A stretch of DNA of 64,000 nt from Clostridia bacterium (lineage in GTDB: Bacteria; Bacillota; Clostridia; TANB77; CAG-508), in contig JAGBDU010000038.1 in the NCBI GenBank assembly GCA_017937285.1, positions 7,795 to 71,794 of the forward strand, in the 5' to 3' direction. This document shows, one piece after another, positions 9,084 to 17,965 of this stretch; the first letter of the stretch is position 1, and every line of letters begins with the position of its first letter. The notes beneath the pieces are model-generated. The model was not told the origin of the DNA. It saw nothing but the letters and a program-made list of their open reading frames with translations, and searched no databases. The position numbers and the translations under genes were made by a program.

Positions 9084-9696
9084 AATGTATAAAGATGCAA
9101 TAGAAGAAATAAGTATAGAAAACAAAATAAAAGAAATAAAAAGTAAAGAAAACTATACAGAAATTTCAGATTTACCACAAACTTATATCAATGCAGTATT
9201 ATCAGTAGAAGATCATAGATTTTATAAGCATTTTGGGATAGATTTAATTGCAATAGGCAGAGCAACAATAAACGATATAAAGGCTATGGATTTTGTAGAA
9301 GGAGGCAGTACAATAACACAGCAACTAGCAAAAAATATATATTTTACACAAGATAAAAAGATTGAAAGAAAAATAGCAGAAGTATTTATGGCAGTTAAAA
9401 TAGAAAATAAATGTGAGAAAGATGAAATACTAGAATTATATTTGAACACAAGTTATTTTGGAGATGGATACTATACTGTAAAAGAAGCAAGTTTAGGGTA
9501 TTTTGGGAAAGAGCCAAATCAAATGACAGATTATGAAGCGATTATGCTTGCAGGAATACCAAATGCACCATCAGTATATTCTCCAACTAAAAATCCAGAA
9601 CTAGCCAAGCAAAGGCAAAAGCAAGTAATCAATAAAATGGTGGAATACGAATATTTTACACAAGATGAGGCTAACAAAATTTTAGAACAGAAATAA
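9001..9696 (+). CDS. monofunctional peptidoglycan glycosyltransferase (GT51)
   Basis: AGAGGTGG RBS then ATG at 9001 (the ORF track starts at GTG 8992). TM anchor; GT51 motifs EDHRFYKHFGID, GGSTITQQLAKN, RKIAE, YLN. Confidence 0.85.
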   Translation: MKKFLKIVFLLILIITSIALLFVGNGYKMYKDAIEEISIENKIKEIKSKENYTEISDLPQTYINAVLSVEDHRFYKHFGIDLIAIGRATINDIKAMDFVEGGSTITQQLAKNIYFTQDKKIERKIAEVFMAVKIENKCEKDEILELYLNTSYFGDGYYTVKEASLGYFGKEPNQMTDYEAIMLAGIPNAPSVYSPTKNPELAKQRQKQVINKMVEYEYFTQDEANKILEQK

Positions 9697-9699
9697 AAC

Positions 9700-9730
9700 T
9701 GTGCTAATTGCAGAACTAACAATTAGCACA
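9700..9730 (+). terminator. terminator-like hairpin
   Basis: TGTGCTAATTG-9 nt-CAATTAGCACA. A second hairpin GAGAACTACT..AGTAGTTCTC lies at 9754-9780. The T-tract is weak. Confidence 0.45.
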
Positions 9731-9913
9731 AACATCCCCTTTTATTTTCAAATAGAGAACTACTAAAAGCAGTAGTTCTCAAAAGACTATAAAATAGTTA
9801 TTAGTTATAAATTATATATACTAATTAAATTTTAATACACAGAGGTTTAATAATTAATGTGTAAAAAAATGCACAATGAGTAATTAATGTTATTATATGA
9901 AAGGAGAAAAAAC

Positions 9914-10273
9914 ATGAGTTTTTTAGGAAATGTATTATGGTTTATCTTTGGAGGATTTTTAAGTGGACTTTCTTGGTGTGTATCAGGTCTTATTTGGTGT
10001 ATCACGATAATAGGAATCCCTTATGGAAAGCAATGTTTTAAATTTGCAGCACTTTCTTTTGCACCATTTGGAAAAGAAGTAGAATATGGTGGAGGAATAC
10101 CATCATTATTTGCCAATGTAATATGGATTATTTTTTTTGGTATTCCAATGGCAATAGAAAATTTCTTTTTTGGGTGTATCTGGTGTATAACGATAGTAGG
10201 TATTCCATTTGGACTTCAATTCTTTAAAATCGCTAAATTATCTTTAGCACCTTTTGGATCAAGAGTAGTTTAA
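9914..10273 (+). CDS. YccF-domain inner membrane protein
   Basis: AAGGAG RBS. Duplicated motif WCITIIGIPYGKQCFKFAALSFAPFGKEV / WCITIVGIPFGLQFFKIAKLSLAPFGSRV, typical of YccF/DUF307. Confidence 0.8.
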   Translation: MSFLGNVLWFIFGGFLSGLSWCVSGLIWCITIIGIPYGKQCFKFAALSFAPFGKEVEYGGGIPSLFANVIWIIFFGIPMAIENFFFGCIWCITIVGIPFGLQFFKIAKLSLAPFGSRVV

Positions 10274-10384
10274 AAACTGTTTGAATTTAACATTGATTAT
10301 AAGTTATGCATTTTGTAAGGGAGCAGTATTTGCTCTCTTTTATAATATCAAAAATAAAGCTCTTTATAAAAAGAAGCTTTATTT

Positions 10385-11101
10385 TTAACTTTCAATATAT
10401 GCAACAATGTAATCAAAAAAATCTGGCAAATTCATATCATTAATATCATTATTTTTAAAAATAGAGTGTTTTAAAGTGGGCGAAATCGTACTGTCAATTT
10501 CGTCTTTCACTTTATAGACACTCTTTCTTACTGTATCAAAACTGACATCCTCTAACTTACTAACTGTATAAAATGCATTATATAGATATCCAAATAATAA
10601 ATATTTGCTATTATTAGCAGTTAAAATCTCAAGGCAATCTCTAAATTGTCTTACAACTGGAGAAGATAAATTCAATTTTAAATCATCTATCAATTTATAA
10701 ATTTTTTCATTATTAGAAAAGATTTTTCCATCTATCATTTCTTTAAAAGAAGCTGAAATAATATCACTAGGGACTTTGTATGGAAAAAACCTAGCAGGAA
10801 TTTTAGTTTGTGCAAATTCATTCTTATCTTTTTTATCTTTAAAAGTCATAATAATTTTACAATCATTATCATTTCTTTTTTGAAAATCAAATAAAAAATT
10901 CTTCAATTCATTTTTGTCAAATGTAGTATCAATCATAAAGACATCAGGTTTTACCGAATCATATATTTCATTTAATTTTTCAATGTCATCAACATAAGAA
11001 CTATCTATCAAAAAGTTTCTATCATCTTGTAGTATTGAGATCATATTAGTTGATTTTGGTTGATGACATATACTATCAAAAGCAACAAATACTAATTTCA
11101 T
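10385..11101 (-). CDS. orphan receiver-like / Spo0A-C-like regulator; the first ~19 codons probably derive from the IS end
   Basis: From Met20 (11044) the sequence reads MISILQDDRNF...KPDVFMIDT, like a CheY-type receiver. The C-terminus (YLYNAFYTVSKLEDVSFDTVRKSVYKV) resembles the Spo0A C-terminal HTH. The annotated ATG overlaps the IS transposase stop (ATGA). Confidence 0.5.
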   Translation of the reverse strand: MKLVFVAFDSICHQPKSTNMISILQDDRNFLIDSSYVDDIEKLNEIYDSVKPDVFMIDTTFDKNELKNFLFDFQKRNDNDCKIIMTFKDKKDKNEFAQTKIPARFFPYKVPSDIISASFKEMIDGKIFSNNEKIYKLIDDLKLNLSSPVVRQFRDCLEILTANNSKYLLFGYLYNAFYTVSKLEDVSFDTVRKSVYKVKDEIDSTISPTLKHSIFKNNDINDMNLPDFFDYIVAYIES

Positions 11102-11862
11102 TTTATTCCTCGTATTCTAAAATTATTATACCAATTAACATAATCAAACAATTCTGTTTCCAATTCTTCAAAGTTTTCAAATATTCTATTAAATGCAAAT
11201 TCTGTTTTTATTATTTTGTATGTGGCTTCTGCAACCGCATTATCATATGGACAACCTTTTTTACTAAGTGATCTTTCTATATTAAATGTTTTTAATACAT
11301 CGTCTATTATTTTATTTTTAAACTCATTTCCTCTATCTGTATGAAATATATTAATTTTATTTAAATTAGTTTTTATTGTTCCAAATGCTTTATATACTAA
11401 TTCTGCTGATTTATTTTTTCCTGCCGCATATCCTATTATTTCTCTGTTAAATAAATCTATTATTAAGCATATATAGTTCCACTTTCCTTGAACATTTACA
11501 TATGTTAAATCGCTTACTACTACATCTAATTTTTCTTTTCTATCAAATTCTCTATTTAATTTATTTTCAATTTTATCTTCATTACACGTTGCTTTATGTA
11601 CTTTAAATTGTTTCACTGTATAATTTGATACTAATCCATTTAAATTCATATATTTTCTTATTCTTCTTAAACTAACTTGATATCCTAATTTCTGTAATTC
11701 CACTTTTATTTTTCTTGAGCCATAATTATTTTTACTTTCTTTAAATATTCTAATTATATGATTCTCTAACTCAATATCTTTTCGTTTATTTTTTCTTTCG
11801 TAATACACTATTGATCTTGATATTCCTAATAATTTACACATCGCGCTGATACTGTATTTCAC
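11098..11862 (-). CDS. IS3-family transposase OrfB (DDE integrase core)
   Basis: VVSDLTYV...IIDLFNREIIG...HTDRGNEFKN...PYDNAVAEATYKIIKTE gives the D, D, E pattern of the rve domain. The frame stays open upstream into the orfA end. Confidence 0.9.
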   Translation of the reverse strand: MKYSISAMCKLLGISRSIVYYERKNKRKDIELENHIIRIFKESKNNYGSRKIKVELQKLGYQVSLRRIRKYMNLNGLVSNYTVKQFKVHKATCNEDKIENKLNREFDRKEKLDVVVSDLTYVNVQGKWNYICLIIDLFNREIIGYAAGKNKSAELVYKAFGTIKTNLNKINIFHTDRGNEFKNKIIDDVLKTFNIERSLSKKGCPYDNAVAEATYKIIKTEFAFNRIFENFEELETELFDYVNWYNNFRIRGIK

Positions 11863-11876
11863 TTTATTGGCTAATA

Positions 11877-12167
11877 TTATTTTGATTTTTGTCCCAATAT
11901 CAGCGCTGCTTGCTTTAAAATATCATTTTCCATTCTTAATTGTTGATTTTCTTTTTTTAATCTAATTAATTCTTTTTCTTCTTCTGTTCTATTATCACAT
12001 GCTTTAAATGATCCTGTATTATTATATTTTTTTACCCAATTCATAAATGCAGATCTTGTTAAATCATATTCTTTTACTATTTCTGCTGTTGGCTTTCCAC
12101 TATTATATAATTTTACCATTTGTAACTTAAATTCTTCTGTAAATTCTCTTTTTGGTCTTCTAGACAT
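11877..12167 (-). CDS. IS3-family transposase OrfA (HTH)
   Basis: MSRRPKREFTEEFKLQMVKLYNSGKPTAEIVKEYDL... plus a leucine-zipper-like LKKENQQLRMENDILKQA. It ends GGA CAA AAA TCA AAA TAA. A -1 slip on CAAAAAT joins the orfB frame. Confidence 0.9.
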   Translation of the reverse strand: MSRRPKREFTEEFKLQMVKLYNSGKPTAEIVKEYDLTRSAFMNWVKKYNNTGSFKACDNRTEEEKELIRLKKENQQLRMENDILKQAALILGQKSK

Positions 12168-12235
12168 GCTAATTCCTCCATTTCAATTCGATTTATTATA
12201 ACATGTCCTTATCTTTTCTGTCCAAATTATTATAA

Positions 12236-12582
12236 TCTATCCATTTGTTAATTGATTTAGAAGATGGAATTATAAATCAAACTGAATATGAAGAATATCG
12301 TAAAGATTATTGTAAGCATATAAATGAATTAAATAAAATAAAAAAAGAATTGAATCATGAATTGAAAAATAATAAAGCTAATAGTATAGCAAATAAAAAG
12401 TGGATAAATACATTTACAGAGTTTAAACAAATAGAAAAACTTAATTCTAAAACTATATATGAACTAATAGACAATATATATATATAGAAGAAAATGGTGG
12501 AATTAAAATAAAATTTAGATATCAAGATGAATTTATTCAAGCAATTGACTTTATAAAAACAAATAATTGTGCTATAATATAG
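12236..12582 (+). pseudogene. C-terminal remnant of a large serine recombinase (5'-truncated, frameshifted)
   Basis: LIDLEDGIINQTEYEEYRKDYCKHINELNKIKKEL...KTIYELIDNIYI, then after a +1 shift in an (AT)n run EENGGIKIKFRYQDEF. This matches the coiled-coil and C-terminal tail pattern of large serine recombinases. There is no catalytic N-terminus. Confidence 0.55.
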
Positions 12583-12595
12583 AAAGTTGTAAAAA

Positions 12596-13585
12596 TTGAA
12601 AGATAGAATGGAAGTGAATAATATAATGGATATGTATCAAAAAAGAAAAATAAGAGCTGAAAAGAAGATGAAATCTGAAGATGAAAAATGGTTTCCAAAA
12701 ATCTCGATATCATGGTATCCAGGTCATATGGCAAAAACAAAAAGACAAATAATAGAAGATCTAAAATTAGTAGATGTAATAGTAGAAATATTAGATGCTA
12801 GAATACCAATATCTAGTCAAAATCCAGACATACAAAAATATATAAAAGAAAAAGATAAAATACAAGTTTTAAATAAATGCGATTTGGCAGATGATACTGC
12901 GACAAACAACTGGGTAAAATATTTTAAAAAAAATAATATACCAGCAGTAGTTACAGATTCAAATTCAGGTAAAGGTATAAGAGATGTAATAAAAATGATT
13001 CAAATAGTAGCAAAAGAATCAAAAGAAAAATATGCTCAAAAAGGAAGAGTTGGAAAAAACATTAGAGTATTAGTATTAGGAATTCCAAATGTAGGAAAAT
13101 CATCTTTTATAAATCGAATATCAAAAAAAACATCTGCAAAAGTAGGAAATAAACCAGGTGTTACAAGGCAAAAACAATGGATAAGAGTAGAAGAAGGTAT
13201 AGAGCTAATGGATACACCAGGCGTATTGTGGCCTAAATTTGAAAATGAAACAGTAGCTATGAATTTAGCATTTACAGGAACAATAAAAGATGATGTATTA
13301 GAAAAAACAGAAATTGCATTTGAACTACTAAAATTTTTAGTAAATAATTATAAAACAAATCTTTCAGAGCGATATAAATTAGAAAATAAAATAGATGAAA
13401 TAATGAATTCAACTGAAGATATAGATGATAATGATAAATATTTAAGTATACTAGATACAATAGCTAAAAAGAGAGGCGCAATAGTATCTGGAGGAAGAGT
13501 AGATTATGAAAAAGTATCAAATATCTTATTAGATGAGTTTAGAAGCGGAAAATTAGGAAAAATAACTTTAGAAAGAATTAATTAA
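12596..13585 (+). CDS. rbgA: ribosome biogenesis GTPase A (YlqF/RbgA); true start probably internal (12626 or 12668)
   Basis: ISWYPGHMAKTKRQI, a circularly permuted GTPase (NKCDL before GIPNVGKSS), DTPGVLWPKF. Confidence 0.85.
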   Translation: MKDRMEVNNIMDMYQKRKIRAEKKMKSEDEKWFPKISISWYPGHMAKTKRQIIEDLKLVDVIVEILDARIPISSQNPDIQKYIKEKDKIQVLNKCDLADDTATNNWVKYFKKNNIPAVVTDSNSGKGIRDVIKMIQIVAKESKEKYAQKGRVGKNIRVLVLGIPNVGKSSFINRISKKTSAKVGNKPGVTRQKQWIRVEEGIELMDTPGVLWPKFENETVAMNLAFTGTIKDDVLEKTEIAFELLKFLVNNYKTNLSERYKLENKIDEIMNSTEDIDDNDKYLSILDTIAKKRGAIVSGGRVDYEKVSNILLDEFRSGKLGKITLERIN

Positions 13586-13610
13586 AAGCGAGAGGGAAAA
13601 GGAGGAAATA

Positions 13611-14009
13611 TTGGAAGAATTAATAGAAAGAGCAAAATCTCCAGAAGAAATAAATATGCTATCACCACTAACATGGGCATATGTAGGAGATTGTATATAC
13701 GAATTATACATAAGAACAGATTTAGTGAATAAAACGAAACTAAAGCCTCATAAATTGCATATTGAAGCAATAAAATATGTAAAAGCAAAAGCACAAGCAG
13801 ACATATTAAAAAAAATAGAAAATAATTTAACAGAAAAAGAGCTAGATATAGTAAGAAGAGCAAGAAATGCAGAAAACCATCATTTACCTAAAAATGCAGA
13901 TCCAACAGATTATATGTATTCAACAGCTTTTGAAGGGTTAATTGGATATTTATTTTTAACTAAGCAAGATGAGAGATTAAAAGAAATTTTAAAAATGTGT
14001 AAAAATTAA
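13611..14009 (+). CDS. mrnC: Mini-ribonuclease III
   Basis: TTG start after GGAGG. LTWAYVGDCIYELYIR...RRARNAENHHLPKNA...STAFEGLIGYLFL. Confidence 0.8.
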   Translation: MEELIERAKSPEEINMLSPLTWAYVGDCIYELYIRTDLVNKTKLKPHKLHIEAIKYVKAKAQADILKKIENNLTEKELDIVRRARNAENHHLPKNADPTDYMYSTAFEGLIGYLFLTKQDERLKEILKMCKN

Positions 14010-14129
14010 ATTTTGAAAAATGAAACATCAAGCTAGTTAAAATAAGAAAAAATATAGAATAATCAAATTAAAATAATTCAATTAAAAATAATTCAAAATA
14101 ATTCAATTAAAAAAATAAAGGAGTAAAAA

Positions 14130-14723
14130 ATGAAAGAGATTTTAATAATATGTGCAATGCAAAAGGAGTCAGATTTAATAGCCAAAAAACTAAATTTAAA
14201 ACAAATAGAAGAAAATCTTTGGAATAAAGATAATATATCACTTCTAATATCAGGAATAGGAAAGCAACGTACAGCAATAAGTCTAACTAAATATTTATGC
14301 AAAAACAAAAAGCCTGATTTAGTAATAAACATAGGATATGCAGGCTCAACAGATATTAAAATAGGTACATGGGTAAATATCATAAAATCATATAATTACG
14401 AATGGGAAATTCCAGGAGAAGAACAATACAGCTTTTTAGATTATGGCAATCAAGATTTAATACAAATAAAAAACAAAAACATAGAAAAAGTAGAATGCTA
14501 TTCTGCAGAAAGTTTTGTAACAAAAACAGATTTAAAAGGTCATATAGCTTTTGATATGGAATTACATTCAATAGTTACTATATGTGATATGTACAAAATA
14601 CCAGTAATGTCTTTAAAAAAGATTAGTGATAATTTGAGTTTAGATGACTATTATGAAAATACAGAAAATAATGAAAATGTATTTGAGTTAGATAGTTGTT
14701 TAAATTATTTAGATTTAAACTAG
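14130..14723 (+). CDS. PNP_UDP_1 family nucleosidase (MTA/SAH nucleosidase-like, short)
   Basis: ILIICAMQKES...LLISGIGKQRTAISLTKYL...PDLVINIGYAGS...FDMELHSI. Confidence 0.65.
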   Translation: MKEILIICAMQKESDLIAKKLNLKQIEENLWNKDNISLLISGIGKQRTAISLTKYLCKNKKPDLVINIGYAGSTDIKIGTWVNIIKSYNYEWEIPGEEQYSFLDYGNQDLIQIKNKNIEKVECYSAESFVTKTDLKGHIAFDMELHSIVTICDMYKIPVMSLKKISDNLSLDDYYENTENNENVFELDSCLNYLDLN

Positions 14724-14771
14724 AAAAAGATGACAACAAATAATGTATTATTATAATATTTTGAAGGAGTT

Positions 14772-14820
14772 AAAGGTAAGTCAAGTATAAAAAAGTATGT
14801 TTTATACTTGACTTACCTTT
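14772..14820. terminator. bidirectional terminator between convergent genes
   Basis: About 21-bp perfect stem AAAGGTAAGTCAAGTATAAAA / TTTTATACTTGACTTACCTTT. Confidence 0.8.
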
Positions 14821-14854
14821 AAATGTTACAATTCACCGTCATTAATTTCAAATT

Positions 14855-16096
14855 CTAACCTCTCAAAAGACTAAACCATCTTTTTATAATAAAAGCACTC
14901 ATATTCATAAAATTATTTTTACCAACATCTCTATCAGAAACAATATCAACAGTAGCAACTAAATTAGTATCCAAATAATAATTTATTTCACCAATTTTTT
15001 GACCCTTAGAAATAGGAGCAGATATACTATCTGGAATATTAACTTGCTGAGATATCTTTGATTCCTGACCTTTTGAAATTAAACAAGATCTATTTTCAGA
15101 AAAAACAGCATTTATATTATTTTCCACTCCTTTTTCAACAGAAACAGTTTTTACAATATCATTTGCAGTTGCAAGATCTGTAGATGAATAATTACTAAAA
15201 CCATAATCAAGTAAAGCTTTTGCTTCAGAAAATCTTAAAGCAGTCGTAGGAGCTTTCATAATAACAGCAATTAAATTCAAATTATTACGCGTTGCACTTG
15301 CCGATAAATTATATAATGCTAAACTTGTAGAACCAGTTTTTAATCCAGTACAGCCTTCATAATTTCTAACTAATTTATTAGTATTAACAAGTTCAGATTT
15401 TCCACCACGAATACTATCCATCCATATAGTTGTATAGTTTTTTATAGTAGAATGATTTTTTAAAAGTTCTCTAGACATTATTGATATATCATAAGCGCTA
15501 GTAACATGACCATCTTCATCTATACCATGACAATTTTTAAAACAAGTATCATTCATGCCAAGTTCTTTGGCTCTTTGATTCATTTTATCCACAAAAGCCT
15601 CTGTACTACCACATAAATATTCAGCCATAGCAACAGTACAATCATTTGCAGAAACAACACACATACATTTTAACATTTCATTAACAGTTAAAGTTTCGGT
15701 AGTTGTAAGCCATATTTGAGATCCTCCCATAGAGCTTGCTTTTTCACTACAAGGAACCTTATCATTTAATGTAATTTGATCAGAATCTAAAGCTTCCATA
15801 ATTAAAAGAATAGACATTATTTTGGTAACACTTGCAGGACGCAATTGTTCGTGAATATTATGTTCATATAATATTTGCCCAGAATCTTGATCAATTAAAA
15901 TTGCAGAGTCAGATTGCAAGTTAAGAGGATTGGTATTAATAGCAGTTGATGTATTATTAGATGTTTCCATTGATTCATTGTATGTTGACCATGCGTAATT
16001 ATCATCTACTGCAAAAACAATTATATTAAAATTAAATATTATGCTTAATCCCATAAAAATATATAATGTTTTTAGTAAAAATTTTTTTATATACAT
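14855..16096 (-). CDS. D-alanyl-D-alanine carboxypeptidase (PBP5/DacF-type)
   Basis: GGAGG then ATG at 16096. Signal peptide; SVTK (SxxK), SAND (SxN), KTGS (KTG). Confidence 0.9.
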   Translation of the reverse strand: MYIKKFLLKTLYIFMGLSIIFNFNIIVFAVDDNYAWSTYNESMETSNNTSTAINTNPLNLQSDSAILIDQDSGQILYEHNIHEQLRPASVTKIMSILLIMEALDSDQITLNDKVPCSEKASSMGGSQIWLTTTETLTVNEMLKCMCVVSANDCTVAMAEYLCGSTEAFVDKMNQRAKELGMNDTCFKNCHGIDEDGHVTSAYDISIMSRELLKNHSTIKNYTTIWMDSIRGGKSELVNTNKLVRNYEGCTGLKTGSTSLALYNLSASATRNNLNLIAVIMKAPTTALRFSEAKALLDYGFSNYSSTDLATANDIVKTVSVEKGVENNINAVFSENRSCLISKGQESKISQQVNIPDSISAPISKGQKIGEINYYLDTNLVATVDIVSDRDVGKNNFMNMSAFIIKRWFSLLRG

Positions 16097-16242
16097 TATT
16101 ACCTCCATCTAATAAGGAAAGGAGCTATTTTTTACTTATAAAAACAATTTAAAATTTTCATTACAAATATAATTATAAGTGACTCCGTCCTAAATAAAGT
16201 ATATTATTCAAAATAACAAAAATGTCTAAATATTGTAATAAA

Positions 16243-16965
16243 CTACTTAAGAGCAACAATTTTTACATATACTTTTCCATTATCAGCATTAGCATATATT
16301 TTTATTGAGTCTTTAGAATTATTAATAAATTTTAAATCTTTGCTACCATAAGATATTGCAGCATCTTTTCCTTCAGGAACATAATTTACATCTTTTCCAT
16401 GAGGATGTCTTTCTGTTACATTTAAGCTAGGTATTCCAAGCACTGCGTTATACAATGTTGAACTTACTTGGCAATTTCCACCACCTAATGCTTGTGTTAT
16501 TTCTTTATTTATAATTACATCAGCTTTTTTATATCCTTTATCCTCAGTGGATTTTCCTATAGTTTTACAAAATGAAAATTCTTCTTGAGGTTTTACAACT
16601 ATTCCATTTAATTTAGAACAAGTTATTTTTATATTATTTAACCTATTTGAAGATTTTGATTTTATTGGAGTTGAAAACTCATATAATATACTTTCTGTGT
16701 TTGTAGTAGGTTGATTTTCTTGAATAGTATTATTAGTAATCACATTATTATTTTGAGTAGTATTATTTATAGTGTTATTTTCTACAGGTTGTGTATTTGA
16801 AGTATTATTAACTAATATATTTAATGAAGTATCATTTGATATAGTTCCAGTTCTACTTATTTCTATATTGGCTTGATTTGTAGTGTTGGCATTATTAGAA
16901 TTATTACATCCAGTTAAAATAATAATTGGAAAAAATAATAAGAATATTATAAATACTTTTTTCAT
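16243..16965 (-). CDS. VanW-domain lipoprotein
   Basis: Lipobox LTGC after the signal peptide, an N/T-rich linker, and a VanW core GGGNCQVSSTLYNAVL...ERHPHGKDVNYVPEGKDAAI. Confidence 0.8.
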   Translation of the reverse strand: MKKVFIIFLLFFPIIILTGCNNSNNANTTNQANIEISRTGTISNDTSLNILVNNTSNTQPVENNTINNTTQNNNVITNNTIQENQPTTNTESILYEFSTPIKSKSSNRLNNIKITCSKLNGIVVKPQEEFSFCKTIGKSTEDKGYKKADVIINKEITQALGGGNCQVSSTLYNAVLGIPSLNVTERHPHGKDVNYVPEGKDAAISYGSKDLKFINNSKDSIKIYANADNGKVYVKIVALK

Positions 16966-17148
16966 TGTTAATCTCCTTGTATATTAATTTTATTATTTTA
17001 GTATAATTAAAATTACAAAAAATATACGGGATAAAAAAATTATAAAATTAAATAATAATAACATTAATAATAATCATTTACATTTTTTGGGGAAAATGAT
17101 AAAATTCATAACAAATATAATTTATAAAAATAGAGCGAGGTATAATAA

Positions 17149-17850
17149 ATGTCATATATAGAATTCAAAAATGTATATAAAGAATATACAATGGGAGAAA
17201 TCACAATAAAGGCACTAGAAAATACAAATTTTGAAATAGAAAAAGGAGAACTTGTTATTATAGTAGGTCCATCAGGTGCAGGAAAAACAACTACTTTAAA
17301 TATATTAGGTGGAATGGATTTTGCAACAAAAGGAAATGTTATAGTTGACGGAAAAAATGTAACTAAATTAAAAAATAAAGATTTAATAAAATATAGAAGA
17401 GAAGATATTGGTTTTGTATTTCAATTTTATAATCTAGTACAAAATTTAACTGCCAAAGAAAATGTAGAGCTTGCTACAGAAATTTGTAATAATTCGTTAA
17501 ATGTAGATGAAGTAATTGAAAAGGTAGGACTAAAAAATAGAAAAAATAATTTTCCATCTCAACTATCAGGAGGAGAGCAACAAAGAGTTGCAATTGCAAG
17601 AGCTATAGCAAAAAATCCAAAACTACTATTATGTGATGAACCAACAGGTGCATTAGATTATAAAACAGGAAAACAAATATTAAAATTATTACAAGATACT
17701 GCAAAAAAAGAAAATATGACAGTATTAATTATTACACATAATGGAGCACTAGCACCAATGGCAGATAGAGTAATTCGCTTTAAAAATGGAACTGTAGAAA
17801 GTGTTGAAATAAATAAAAATCCAAAGTCAATAGAAAATATAGAATGGTAA
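17149..17850 (+). CDS. ABC transporter ATP-binding protein (MacB/FtsE-type)
   Basis: [25 protein letters not shown]. Confidence 0.9.
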   Translation: MSYIEFKNVYKEYTMGEITIKALENTNFEIEKGELVIIVGPSGAGKTTTLNILGGMDFATKGNVIVDGKNVTKLKNKDLIKYRREDIGFVFQFYNLVQNLTAKENVELATEICNNSLNVDEVIEKVGLKNRKNNFPSQLSGGEQQRVAIARAIAKNPKLLLCDEPTGALDYKTGKQILKLLQDTAKKENMTVLIITHNGALAPMADRVIRFKNGTVESVEINKNPKSIENIEW

Positions 17851-17965
17851 GAGGTTTATAGGTTTAGCCGATAAAGTTATTGTTATAAAAGCAAATATTA
17901 AATTTTATAGCCATAGCAAAAACCTAAATTTATTAAAAAGAAAGATATTTTAAGGAAAATAAGTA

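Larger units (their letters stand above)
11057..12243 (-). mobile_element. IS3-family insertion sequence (ends approximate)
   Basis: orfA (HTH) and orfB (DDE/rve) lie in 0/-1 frames with an A-run slippery site. Terminal inverted repeats could only be aligned weakly (TGG.T.GAT at both ends, TTT on both flanks). Confidence 0.7.

Noticed and set aside
14040-14112. Tandem AT-rich repeats (AATAATTCAATTAAAA-like units) upstream of the nucleosidase gene
   Set aside because: These are short, imperfect, low-complexity repeats in a promoter region, with no evidence of function beyond AT-tract curvature.
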